Below, in pieces: positions 31,591 to 40,643 of a DNA stretch of 64,000 nucleotides (the first letter of the stretch is position 1; each line of letters starts with the position of its first letter). Under the pieces are notes generated by a model. The model saw only the letters and a list, made by a program, of their open reading frames with translations, ran no database searches and was not told the DNA's origin. A program made the position numbers and the translations under genes. Source of the DNA: Bacillota bacterium. Lineage in GTDB: Bacteria > Bacillota > Sulfobacillia > RBS10-35 > Bu92. The DNA is taken from positions 274 through 64,273 of the forward strand of contig JADBKN010000001.1 in assembly GCA_014896375.1 (NCBI GenBank), written 5' to 3'.

Positions 31591-32715
31591 TTGACACCGA
31601 TCGAACCGACCGTTGTGATGCAGCGTCTCCAGGCGCTGGCGGGGCGCGACCTGTACGTGCACCTGGAGACGACGACCGGCGCCTACACGAAGGGTGCCTT
31701 CGGGGCGTTTCTGCGCAATGGGCGCATCCGCTTTCTGGACGGGCGCGTTACGGGGCGCGGCCCGTTCCGCGTGGGGCTGCGCCTCGCGGACGGCTGGCTC
31801 TACGCCGAGGGCTTGACGCATTGGGACGTCGACGAGGACGGGCGGCTGCTGCTCGCGGGCCACGATGACGAGGGCCGGCTCACGGTGGCGCTGGAGCTCA
31901 GCCCGGAGCCCTTCCCCGCGGCGTGGGGCGCGGGGCCGGCGCTGGGCGTGGGGGCGGCGCAGGGCGCGAGGGCGTTGGAGCCCGGCGCACACGGCGCTGG
32001 CGGCGCGGAGGCGTTGGAGCGGCGCGTGCCCGGCGCTGGCGGCGCGGAGGCGGCGCTTGTCCGCGGCCCCCTCGTCGTCGTCCTCGCCCACCCGGACGAT
32101 GAGTCCTTCGCGTGCGGCGGCGTCATGGCGCTGCACGCGGCGGCGGGCGCGCCGGTGACCTACGTCTGCGCCACGCGCGGCGAGATGGGCCGCAACATGG
32201 GCCGGCCTCCCCTCGCCACGCGGGAGACGCTGGCATCCCTTCGGGAGCGCGAGCTCGTCGCCGCCTGCGCGGCGCTGGGCGTGCACGACGTGCGCTTTTT
32301 GGGGCTCTGGGACAAGACTGTGGAGTTCGTCGACCGCGAGGCGTTGGTGGAGGCCGTGCGCGCAATCCTGCTGGAGATGGAGCCGGTGCGTCTCATCACG
32401 TTCCATCCCCGCTTCGGCGGGCACCCGGATCACGAGGCGGTGGGGGCGGCAGCTCTTGAGGCCGTGCGCCGGCTGCCGGCAGAGCGGCGGCCGGTGGTCT
32501 GGTGCCCCATCGTGCCGGCGGCCGAGGGCGATGCCGGCCTGCCGGTGGAGACGGTGGACATCCGTGCCGTCGGTGAGCGGAAGATGGCGGCGCTCCGGGC
32601 GCACCGCTCCCAGACGGCGAACTGGGAGGCGCGCGCCGAGGCGGACCCGGAACTGCGCGCGCGTATGGAGAGGATGCGTTCGGAAGAGCGGTTCTGGGTG
32701 TATGCGGTGGAGTGA
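31591..32715 (+). CDS. Fusion protein: YojF-like (DUF1806) N-terminal domain plus PIG-L / LmbE-family N-acetylglucosaminyl deacetylase (BshB2-like)
   Basis: The N-terminal ~110 aa (LYVHLETTTGAYTKGAFGAFLRNGRIRFLDGRVTGRGPFRVGL) matches YojF as recalled. The C-terminal domain has the AHPDDE / PIG-L motif. The two are linked by a duplicated Gly/Ala segment (GAHGAGGAEALERR / VPGAGGAEAALVRG). In Bacillus yojF and bshB2 are adjacent but separate genes. Confidence 0.65.
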   Translation: MTPIEPTVVMQRLQALAGRDLYVHLETTTGAYTKGAFGAFLRNGRIRFLDGRVTGRGPFRVGLRLADGWLYAEGLTHWDVDEDGRLLLAGHDDEGRLTVALELSPEPFPAAWGAGPALGVGAAQGARALEPGAHGAGGAEALERRVPGAGGAEAALVRGPLVVVLAHPDDESFACGGVMALHAAAGAPVTYVCATRGEMGRNMGRPPLATRETLASLRERELVAACAALGVHDVRFLGLWDKTVEFVDREALVEAVRAILLEMEPVRLITFHPRFGGHPDHEAVGAAALEAVRRLPAERRPVVWCPIVPAAEGDAGLPVETVDIRAVGERKMAALRAHRSQTANWEARAEADPELRARMERMRSEERFWVYAVE

Positions 32716-32878
32716 GCGGCGAGGGAGGGGCGGCGCGGCGCCGGGCGGTGGTGTGGCGGCAACACCTGCCGCTCGGGGGGCGCGCCATGCGGTGCCGGCC
32801 GCCGGCAGGCGGGCGTGGGGCGCGGGGTACGCGGTGCGGGGGCTGCCGTGGCTTGGCGGGTGTGAGGCGTGGAGTGCA

Positions 32879-32948
32879 CCTTATCGGTTGACATAACGCC
32901 AAATGGTGGGGTCGTAAGGTCGATGGGACGCCTTATGGGTTGACATAA
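32879..32948. repeat. Two tandem copies of the TATCGGTTGACATAACGCC-like motif (the second is an inverted repeat CCTTATG-n6-CATAAGG), 48 bp apart
   Basis: Direct read of the 32716-33300 intergenic region; see the feature at 23137. Confidence 0.45.
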
Positions 32949-33119
32949 GGCCGGCGACCCGGGGGTGACGCCCAAGTGAAGGCGCGACTTGCGCCTTACC
33001 CTCTGCGGAAACGCCGTTGAGCCGACGGTGGAGGCGCAAAGAGTGCCTAATTCCTCGCAGTGGTGGGTGCGGTAGAGGTGCCGGGTACGTCCAGGGTATC
33101 GCGCCGTAGAGAGACGCGG

Positions 33120-33148
33120 GCCGTGACCGCGCCTCTTTTTTCCTTTGC
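33120..33148 (+). terminator. Hairpin plus T6 tract (possible terminator of an unannotated short transcript)
   Basis: GCGGG-ccgtgac-CGCGCC followed by TCTTTTTTCC, about 430 nt downstream of the nearest upstream gene. Confidence 0.3.
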
Positions 33149-33240
33149 TTGCTCGCTTTCCCGCTCGGTTTCCCTCGCTGAGTGAGACCTCTCTTGGAAG
33201 CGGATCCGCCACCCGCGGTGCTCTCCGATGCGTGGCGGCA

Positions 33241-33296
33241 TTGACCTCACCCGAACATGTGTTCTATACTGCAATCGAACACACGTTCGACGGAGG
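33241..33296 (+). promoter_or_regulatory. SOS promoter: TTGACC-N18-TATACT with two Gram-positive-type LexA (Cheo/DinR) boxes
   Basis: Box 1 CGAACATGTGTTCT at 33253-33266 overlaps the spacer. Box 2 CGAACACACGTTCG at 33283-33296 lies just downstream of the -10. Both fit GAAC-N4-GTTC. Confidence 0.65.
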
Positions 33297-33303
33297 TTGC
33301 CCC

Positions 33304-34641
33304 ATGGGACAGGCGGAACAGGCGCCCAAGGAGCGGGTCGGGTACTTCGCGCTCGCCGGCTTTTTCGCGCAGGTGGAGCGGGTCGAACGCGGCGGAGAGG
33401 CGCCGGTGGTCGTCATCCGGGACGGCCGCGTCCTCGATCGCGACGCTGCCGCGAAGGAGGCCGGCGTGCGCTTGGGGCAGGCGGAAGTCGAGGCCCGCCA
33501 AGCCTGTCCCCGTGCCCGGTTCATTCCTTATGTGGCCGCTCGCTACCGCGCCGCGGCCGATCAGGTCATGGCGGCGGCGTACGCCCTTTCGCCCGTGCTG
33601 GAACCGGATGGCGAGGCGGCGGGTTGGTTCGAGCTCGGCCGCAATCAGAGCCCGGAAGAAGTCGTGGAGAGCCTGTCCGCCGCTCTGATCCCACGGTGGG
33701 GAATCCGCCTGCTGACCGGTTTCGGCCCCAACCCGTGGACGGCGCAGTTGGCCGCGCTCCGCTTGGCTTCGCCGGCCAACCCCTTTCCGGTGGTGGCGGC
33801 CGCCTCGGCCGCAGACGCCCTGGCGCCGCTGCCTGTGGCCGTACTGGATCGCGTCCTGCCAGGCATCTCACCGCGGTTGCAAGCACTGGGACTCCACACC
33901 CTGGGGCAGGTGGCGGCCGTGCCGCCTCCGGAACTGCGGCGTGCCTTGGGGGAGCCGGCGCTGGCCGCTCAAGGCTACAGCCGCGGCGAGGACGGCCGCC
34001 GCGTGCGGCCGCTCTGGCCGCGCGCGGCCGTCGTAGAGGCGGTGGACTTCTCAAGCCCCCTCTCCAACCTGGAAACCGTCTCCCACACGCTGGACCGCCT
34101 GGCCGCCGCGCTCGCCCGCAGGCTGAGGGACAAGGGCCAGGCCGGGCGTCAGGTGGCGCTGGAGGTTCTCACGGAGGACGGGCGGGCGCGCCGCGCGGAG
34201 CGCCGCTTCACCCGGCCGCGGGCAGATGCGGCCGTGGCCCAGGTCCTTCACTTTCTCTGGGCGGGAGAGCTGTGGCCGGAACTGGCGCGCGGCTCGCGGG
34301 GGGCGCTGCGGATCGTCCGGCTGGCGGCGTCTGTCTCGGACCTCTGCGAGCGACCGTGGGCCCAGGTCGGGCTATGGCAGGAGCCCTCCGCGGCGGAACG
34401 CACCCTGAGTGCGGGAGGGAGAGTGGCGGCCGAGCGGGAGGCTGCGCGGCCGGAGGGACTGCCTTCGGTGGACCGGCGCAAGCTCCCCCAGGTGGTGCAG
34501 GAGCTCCGTGCGCGCTTCCCTTCCGCGCATGTGGGCTTCGGTGCCCCGGAGGCGGCCGACTGGCGCGAGGAGCGGCTGGCGTTCTGGGATCCCCTCCGCT
34601 GGACGACGCAGTCGCACGGTGCCGGCCGGTCCTCTCGATGA
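33304..34641 (+). CDS. imuB: ImuB-like catalytically inactive Y-family DNA polymerase
   Basis: Aligns with the DinB N-terminus, but the catalytic DMD and SLDE acidic residues are replaced (YFALAG; EPDGEAAGWFEL). ATG at 33304 after GGAGG. LexA boxes lie upstream, with dnaE2 downstream. Confidence 0.75.
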   Translation: MGQAEQAPKERVGYFALAGFFAQVERVERGGEAPVVVIRDGRVLDRDAAAKEAGVRLGQAEVEARQACPRARFIPYVAARYRAAADQVMAAAYALSPVLEPDGEAAGWFELGRNQSPEEVVESLSAALIPRWGIRLLTGFGPNPWTAQLAALRLASPANPFPVVAAASAADALAPLPVAVLDRVLPGISPRLQALGLHTLGQVAAVPPPELRRALGEPALAAQGYSRGEDGRRVRPLWPRAAVVEAVDFSSPLSNLETVSHTLDRLAAALARRLRDKGQAGRQVALEVLTEDGRARRAERRFTRPRADAAVAQVLHFLWAGELWPELARGSRGALRIVRLAASVSDLCERPWAQVGLWQEPSAAERTLSAGGRVAAEREAARPEGLPSVDRRKLPQVVQELRARFPSAHVGFGAPEAADWREERLAFWDPLRWTTQSHGAGRSSR

Positions 34642-34699
34642 CGCCGCCCGCTCCCCCCGCTGCGCATGAAAGCGCCGCGGAGGGGAGGGTGCGCCGGCG

Positions 34700-34990
34700 A
34701 TGAAACGCGTCCGCCGGGAGGTCGAGGTGCGTCTCTCGCCTGAGGGCGTTCCGGTCGCGTACCGGGACCGCGGCCGCTGGCGGGAGATCGAAGCCGTCGT
34801 CGACTGCTGGTTCGAAGTCCTCCCCTGGTGGCCGGGGCGGGAGGCGGAGATGGCGGGAGGGCGGTTCGCCGAGGCGCTGGAAGTGGCGATGTACCGCGTC
34901 CTCTTGGAGGGCGGCGGCCTGGTGGAGCTGGAACGCTGTCCCGCGCGGGGCGGGGAGGCCCGCTGGCGCCTCTATCGGGTGTACGACTGA
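34700..34990 (+). CDS. Hypothetical protein (96 aa) in the imuB-dnaE2 cassette
   Basis: ATG after GGGGAGGG. Codon bias consistent with coding. No recognisable domain. Confidence 0.5.
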   Translation: MKRVRREVEVRLSPEGVPVAYRDRGRWREIEAVVDCWFEVLPWWPGREAEMAGGRFAEALEVAMYRVLLEGGGLVELERCPARGGEARWRLYRVYD

Positions 34991-35104
34991 CCCGCATTCA
35001 CGCGCTGACCGGCCTCTTCGCGCCCGTTTCCGACCTTTTCGCACGCTTCCCGACCTTCGTGGGCGGGGAACACTAGGCGAAACCCCGTTCGCAGGAGGAG
35101 GCGT

Positions 35105-35548
35105 GTGATGATGTGGTCTCGACGCTCACGGCCGGACGCGGCCCAGCGCAATCGCGCGGGCCTGGACTTCATGCAGGCGGACGCCGACCGCCGGACGCCG
35201 GTTCCGCCCGGCGAGGCGGATTTCGTCAACGTGGAGAACATGCGCCGCGAGCTGTTCCCGCAGGAGTTTCCGGAGGGGCCCTACGGAGCGCCGCCGGACG
35301 CCGTTGAGGCCGGTGGTTCGCCGGAGCTGGCCGCGCTCGACGGCGTCTTCGCTGGCGCCCTGGAAAGCGGGAGAGCCGGCGGCGGTTCATTCCCTGGGAT
35401 GGAGGTGGGGGGCGGCACGGCGCCAGCGGAGGACAGCGGGGGAGGCGAAGATGGTGGGGATGGAGATGAGGGCGGCGACGAGGACGCCGTCGACGATGAC
35501 GATCCGTTCGATCCCCGCATGATCTTCTTCTTCGACGGCGCCGGATGA
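35105..35548 (+). CDS. Hypothetical highly acidic, largely disordered protein (147 aa) ending in DPFDPRMIFFFDGAG, immediately upstream of dnaE2
   Basis: Strong SD GGAGGAGG 7-8 nt before ATGATG. Stop 3 nt before the dnaE2 ATG. Asp/Glu/Gly-rich. Confidence 0.5.
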   Translation: MMMWSRRSRPDAAQRNRAGLDFMQADADRRTPVPPGEADFVNVENMRRELFPQEFPEGPYGAPPDAVEAGGSPELAALDGVFAGALESGRAGGGSFPGMEVGGGTAPAEDSGGGEDGGDGDEGGDEDAVDDDDPFDPRMIFFFDGAG

Positions 35549-35551
35549 GCC

Positions 35552-38500
35552 ATGACCCACGGGAGCCCGTTCGTCCACCTGCACTGCCATTCTCCGTATT
35601 CCTTTCTGGACGGCGCCAGCCGCATCCGCACGCTGGTCCGTCGCGCGGCGGAACTGGGCCAGCCGGCCCTCGCGCTGACGGATCGCGACAACCTCTGCGG
35701 CGCCGTGGAGTTCGTGGAGGAGGCGGAGCGCGCCGGCATCCGCCCCATTCTGGGTGCGGAGGTCACGCTGGAGCCGCTGGCGGATGCAGGGGGAGGGGCG
35801 GGGGCGAAGGCAGGGGCGAGGGAAGGGGCGGGGGTGAAGGCACGGGCGAGGACAGGGGCGAGGACAGAGGCGAAGGCAGCGGCGGATCCCGGCTATCCCC
35901 TCGTGCTGTTGGCGGCGGGGCCGCACGGTTACCGGCAGCTGAGCCGGCTCATCACGCGCGCGCACCTTGAGAGGCCGCGGGGGCGGCCGCGCGCGAGCCT
36001 CACCGCCCTGGAGGAGGCGGCGGGCGCCAGCCGCGGCGAGCTCCTCGCGCTCACCGGCGGCCGCGCGTCGGAGATCCCCGCCCGGCTCCTGGCGGGGGAC
36101 CTCGACGGCGCCCGGGCGGCGCTGGAGCGGCTCGTCGGCATCCTGGGCCGGCCGCAGGTGGCGGTGGAGCTCGTCAACCCGTTCTTTCCAGGCGGGCGCC
36201 GGCTGTTGCGCCTCCTCGCGGAGCTGGCGGAGCGGGCGGGCGTGGCGCTGGTGGCGGCCAACGATGTGCGCTACGCGGACCGTTCGGCCTACATGGTCCA
36301 CGACCTCCTCTGCTGCGTGCGCGCGGGGGTGGACGTGTCCACGCCGCACCCTTGGCGGCCGCTGAACGCCGAGCAGGATCTGAAGAGCGCGGAGGCGATG
36401 GCGGCCGCGTTCGCGCCGTACGTGGAGGCCGTGGCGGAGGCCGGGCGCTGGGCGGAGCGCTGCGGCCCGGCCCTGGAGTTGGGCGTGGACCGCCACCCGG
36501 AGTTTCCCCTGCCGGAGGGCGTCGACGCCAACGAATACCTGCGGCGGCTCGTGTACGAGGGTGCGCGGCGGCGCTACGGCCGCGTGGGCCCGGCAGAGCG
36601 GGAGCGTCTGGAGCATGAGTTGGACATCATCGCCCGGCTCGGCTTCGCCGGCTACTTCCTCCTCGTCTGGGACGTGGCGCAGTTCGCCGCGCGGCGCGGC
36701 ATCCGCTTCGCGGGGCGCGGCTCCGCCGCCGATTCGGCCGTCGCCTACTGCCTCGGTATCACGAACGTGGACGCCATCCGGCGCGGGCTGCTCTTTGAAC
36801 GCTTCCTCAGCGTCGAGCGCGCGGAGAAGCCCGACATCGACATCGACTTCGACGCGCGGCGGCGCGACGAAGTCACGGCGTACGTCTACGAGCGCTACGG
36901 CCGCCGGCACGTGGCGAACGTGGCCGCCTTCCAGACGTTCCGCGGCCGCTCGGCGCTGCGCGACCTCGGCAAGGCGCTGCGCTTGCCGGCGGAGGAGATC
37001 GACCGCTTCGCCAAGCGCGTGCCCTACTTCGTGGCGGCCGACAACCTCGCCGAGGCCTTCGACAAGGTCCCGGAGCTGCGGGAGAGCGGCCTGGACCAGC
37101 GGAAGTTCGGCCTGCTCTTGCAGGCGGCGGCCGCCGTGGCCGGGTTTCCGCGCCACCTGAGCACGCACGTCGGCGGGGTGGTGATCACAAGGGAGCCGGT
37201 GGAGGAGATCCTCCCCGTGCAGATGGCCGCGAAGGGTGTGCCGATCCTGCAGGCGGACCGCGACGGCGTGGAGGCGCTGGGGCTGGTCAAGCTGGACCTG
37301 CTCTCCCTGCGCACCTTCTCCGCCGTGGAGCAGGCTGTGCGCGCCATCGTGGAGGAGGACGAGGACTTCGACTACGACCGCATTCCGCAGGGGGACCGCG
37401 CCACGTTCGAGATGCTCAACGAGGGCCGCACGATCGGCGTCTTCCAGCTGGAGAGCCCGGCGCAGCGGGCGCTGCAGGCACGCCTGGGGGCGGAGCGGTT
37501 CGAGGACATCGTCGCGAGTGTGGCCATCATCCGGCCGGGGCCCATCAAGGGCAACATGGTGGAGCCGTACATCCGCCGGCGCCGCGGGGAGGAGCCGGTC
37601 CGCTACCTGCACCCCGCGCTGGAGCCCATCCTCCGCAAGACGTACGGCGTCGTGCTCTTCCAGGAGCAGGTGATCGACATCGCGCACGCGGTGGCGGGAT
37701 TCACGCCGGGAGAGGCGGACCGTCTCCGCCGCACGATGAGCCACGCCCGCTCCCAGGAGGAGATGGCGGAGATCGGGCGCCTCTTTGTGCGCAAGGCGGC
37801 GGCGCGCGGCGTGCCGGAGGAGACGGCGGCGGCCATCTTCCAGTGCCTGGCGGGCTACGCCAGCTACGGCTTCAACGAGGCCCACGCGGCGGCGTTCGCG
37901 GACACGGCGTACCGAACGGCGTACCTTGTGCGGCACCATCCCGCGGCCTTCTTCGCCGGGATCCTCTCCAGCCAGCCGATGGGCTACTACCCCCTGCATA
38001 CGGTGGTGGCCGACGCGCGCGCGCGCGGCGTGGAGGTGCGGCCTCCGGATGTGCGCTCAAGTCTCCCGGAGTGCACCGTGGAGGACGGCGGAACCGCTAT
38101 CCGGCTGGGGCTGGCGCTGTTGGCGGGGCTTTCGCGGCGCACCCAGGAGCGGATCGCGATGGCGCGCGCGGAGCGCCCGTACGCGGGCGTGCTGGATTTT
38201 CTCGCGCGGGCGGCGCCGTCGCGGGACGAGGCCGAGGCGCTCGCGCTCTCGGGGGCGCTCGACGGCCTCGTGCAGGGGCGGCGGCGGGCGCTGCTCTGGG
38301 CGCTGCCGGAGGCATACCGGCGGCTGGAGGCGAGGGCGGCGTTGCCCATCGAGGAGGCGGCGCGCGCGGCGGGGGCTGCGGCCGCCGGTACGGCGGGGAA
38401 CGCGGCCGCCGGTACGGCGGTAGCGGCTGCGGCCGAGGTGGGCGACCCGCCGGACCTTCTTCCGGCCCTGCCGGAATTCACCCCCGAGGAGCGCGTCGTC

Positions 38501-38932
38501 CACGAGTGGCGATGTCTCGGCTTCGCGCTGACCGCGCACCCCATGGCCTTCTGGCGCGAGCGCCTCCGCCGGCGCGGTTTCCTCACCAGCCGCGAGGCGG
38601 CGCAGGCGGCGGCGGGGTCGCGCGTGAGGGTGGCCGGCCTGCCCGTGCGGCCCCATCGCCCTCCCACGCGAAGCGGGCGCATCGTCGTCTACGTTTCGCT
38701 GGAGGACGAGTTCGGCCTCACCGATGTCGTCATCCTCGAAGAGTTGTACCAGCGGGAGGGCGGCGTGCTGTTCGGCGAGCGCCTGCCGCCTGTGGCGGTG
38801 GAGGGCGTCGTGGAGCGCCGCGGTCGCGGCGTTCAGGTGCGCGCGGAGCGCGTGGCGCCGCTCGGCCGCACGCGGGGTGCGGGAGCGGCGGGGCGGGTGC
38901 CGGCGCGCCCCGCGCCCGGGCGGCGCCGGTAG
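35552..38932 (+). CDS. dnaE2: Error-prone DNA polymerase III alpha-like subunit DnaE2 (ImuC)
   Basis: N-terminal PHP domain (HLHCHSPYSFLDGAS), pol III alpha core (GRGSAADSAVAYCLGIT, FERFLSVERAEKPDIDIDF). 1126 aa. Low-complexity insertion in the PHP domain (GGGAGAKAGAREGAGVKARARTGARTEAKA). Confidence 0.9.
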   Translation: MTHGSPFVHLHCHSPYSFLDGASRIRTLVRRAAELGQPALALTDRDNLCGAVEFVEEAERAGIRPILGAEVTLEPLADAGGGAGAKAGAREGAGVKARARTGARTEAKAAADPGYPLVLLAAGPHGYRQLSRLITRAHLERPRGRPRASLTALEEAAGASRGELLALTGGRASEIPARLLAGDLDGARAALERLVGILGRPQVAVELVNPFFPGGRRLLRLLAELAERAGVALVAANDVRYADRSAYMVHDLLCCVRAGVDVSTPHPWRPLNAEQDLKSAEAMAAAFAPYVEAVAEAGRWAERCGPALELGVDRHPEFPLPEGVDANEYLRRLVYEGARRRYGRVGPAERERLEHELDIIARLGFAGYFLLVWDVAQFAARRGIRFAGRGSAADSAVAYCLGITNVDAIRRGLLFERFLSVERAEKPDIDIDFDARRRDEVTAYVYERYGRRHVANVAAFQTFRGRSALRDLGKALRLPAEEIDRFAKRVPYFVAADNLAEAFDKVPELRESGLDQRKFGLLLQAAAAVAGFPRHLSTHVGGVVITREPVEEILPVQMAAKGVPILQADRDGVEALGLVKLDLLSLRTFSAVEQAVRAIVEEDEDFDYDRIPQGDRATFEMLNEGRTIGVFQLESPAQRALQARLGAERFEDIVASVAIIRPGPIKGNMVEPYIRRRRGEEPVRYLHPALEPILRKTYGVVLFQEQVIDIAHAVAGFTPGEADRLRRTMSHARSQEEMAEIGRLFVRKAAARGVPEETAAAIFQCLAGYASYGFNEAHAAAFADTAYRTAYLVRHHPAAFFAGILSSQPMGYYPLHTVVADARARGVEVRPPDVRSSLPECTVEDGGTAIRLGLALLAGLSRRTQERIAMARAERPYAGVLDFLARAAPSRDEAEALALSGALDGLVQGRRRALLWALPEAYRRLEARAALPIEEAARAAGAAAAGTAGNAAAGTAVAAAAEVGDPPDLLPALPEFTPEERVVHEWRCLGFALTAHPMAFWRERLRRRGFLTSREAAQAAAGSRVRVAGLPVRPHRPPTRSGRIVVYVSLEDEFGLTDVVILEELYQREGGVLFGERLPPVAVEGVVERRGRGVQVRAERVAPLGRTRGAGAAGRVPARPAPGRRR

Positions 38933-39016
38933 CGGCGGCGCGGACGGCGGCCGCCCGCCGCCCTGGACGCGGGCCGCCTCCGGCCGCATAGTTCTTTCCA
39001 GAGAGGAGCGGTACCC

Positions 39017-40588
39017 ATGGCGTCGGTGCCCCGTCCCGGCCGCCCGCCGGACCCGGAGGAGTGGCGCGGGAGGAGGGTCGCCGTGGTCGGCCTCGGCATC
39101 AGCAACCTGGCGCTCGTCCGCTTCCTCCGGCGGCACGGCGCCGCCGTGGAGGTGCGCGACCAGCAATCGCCGGAGGCCCTGGGCGGGCGTCTGCGGGAAG
39201 CGATGGAGTGGGGCGCGGCGGCGCGCGTGGGCGAGGGCTACCTTGAGGGGCTCGACGCCTTCGACGCGGTCTTTCTCACGCCCGGCATGCGCAAGGACTT
39301 GCCGGAGATCGCCGCCCTGCACGCCAAGGGCGTGCCCGTCTCCAGCGAGGTGGGGCTCTTCATGCGCTACTGCCGCGCGCCCATCGTGGGTGTGACGGGC
39401 AGCGCCGGCAAAACGACGACGACGACGCTCACCGGCCGCCTCTTCGCCGCCGCTCATCCGCGGACGTACGTGGGGGGGAACATCGGCCGGCCGCTCGTGG
39501 AGCTGGTCGAGGACATCCCACCGGACGCCTGGGTGGTACTGGAGCTCTCCAGTTTCCAGCTGGAGCTCGTCGAGTCGAGCCCCAACCTCGCCGCCGTGCT
39601 GAACCTGCGCCCGAACCACCTCGACGTCCACCCCTCGATGGACGCGTACCGCGCCGCCAAGCAGCGCATCTACCGCTTCCAGGGTCCGGGGGACTGGTGC
39701 GTCTTCAACGCGGACGACGACGCCACCTGGCCCTGGCACGCCGAGGCCCCGGGCCGTGTGGCGGCCTTCTCGACGGCGCAGCCGGTGGAATGCGGCACCT
39801 GGCTCGCAGGCCCGCGGGCGGAGGCCGTGGTGCTCACGAACCTCTTGCCCGTGCGGGCGGCCGCGGAGGGCGCGCCTCTGCCGGGCGGCACGCGGGAGCT
39901 CCTGCGCGCGGCCGACATCCGCCTCCCCGGCGCGCACAACCGCGCGAACGTGCTGGCCGCCGTCTCCCTGGCCGTGCTCGGCGGCGTGCCGGACGCGGCC
40001 GTCGCGCCCGTGGTGCGGGAGTTCCACGGCGTGCCGCACCGCCTGGAGACGGTGGCGGAAGTCGGCGGCGTGCTCTTCGTGAACGACTCCATCGCCACCT
40101 CGCCGGACCGCAGCATCGCCGCGCTGGAGACGTTCGAGCGGCCGGTCGTGCTGATCGCCGGCGGGTATGACAAGGGCCTCGACTTTCGTGAATGGGCGGA
40201 GGTGGTGCGGCGGCGCGCGCGCGCCGTGGTGCTGGTGGGGAAGGCGGCCGGGAAGCTCGCGGAGGCGCTGGAGGCGGCCGCGGGGCGCGCGGCCGGCGGC
40301 ACCGCGGTCGGCGGCGCCGCGGCGGCCGGCGAAGGCGCGGGCGCGGCCCAAGCCGCAAGCGGCGGCGCCGGTGGCGGACCCTTCGTGGAGCGCGCGGCCA
40401 CGTTTGAGGAGGCCGTCTGGCGCGCCGCCGCCGCAGCGAGGCCGGGTGACATCGTCCTGCTCTCCCCGGCCTGCGCGAGCTACGACATGTTCCGCAACTT
40501 CGAGGAGCGCGGCGCGGCCTTCCGGGAAATCGTGCGCCGGTGGGCGGCGCGCGCGGCCGGCGCGGCCGATGCGACCGGCCGCGCGTGA
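39017..40588 (+). CDS. murD: UDP-N-acetylmuramoyl-L-alanine--D-glutamate ligase
   Basis: VAVVGLGISNLALVRFL Rossmann N-domain, GVTGSAGKTTTT, ELSSFQLE. C-terminal domain with a Gly/Ala-rich insert and a ~40 aa extension. Confidence 0.85.
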   Translation: MASVPRPGRPPDPEEWRGRRVAVVGLGISNLALVRFLRRHGAAVEVRDQQSPEALGGRLREAMEWGAAARVGEGYLEGLDAFDAVFLTPGMRKDLPEIAALHAKGVPVSSEVGLFMRYCRAPIVGVTGSAGKTTTTTLTGRLFAAAHPRTYVGGNIGRPLVELVEDIPPDAWVVLELSSFQLELVESSPNLAAVLNLRPNHLDVHPSMDAYRAAKQRIYRFQGPGDWCVFNADDDATWPWHAEAPGRVAAFSTAQPVECGTWLAGPRAEAVVLTNLLPVRAAAEGAPLPGGTRELLRAADIRLPGAHNRANVLAAVSLAVLGGVPDAAVAPVVREFHGVPHRLETVAEVGGVLFVNDSIATSPDRSIAALETFERPVVLIAGGYDKGLDFREWAEVVRRRARAVVLVGKAAGKLAEALEAAAGRAAGGTAVGGAAAAGEGAGAAQAASGGAGGGPFVERAATFEEAVWRAAAAARPGDIVLLSPACASYDMFRNFEERGAAFREIVRRWAARAAGAADATGRA

Positions 40589-40643
40589 AGTCGCGCGTGA
40601 ACTCGACCGCGGCGGGTGATGCTAGTCGGCGGAGGGACGCCGC

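Noticed and set aside
35387-37999. 870-aa minus-strand ORF antisense to dnaE2
   Set aside because: Shadow ORF; dnaE2 on the plus strand has PHP and pol III core motifs.
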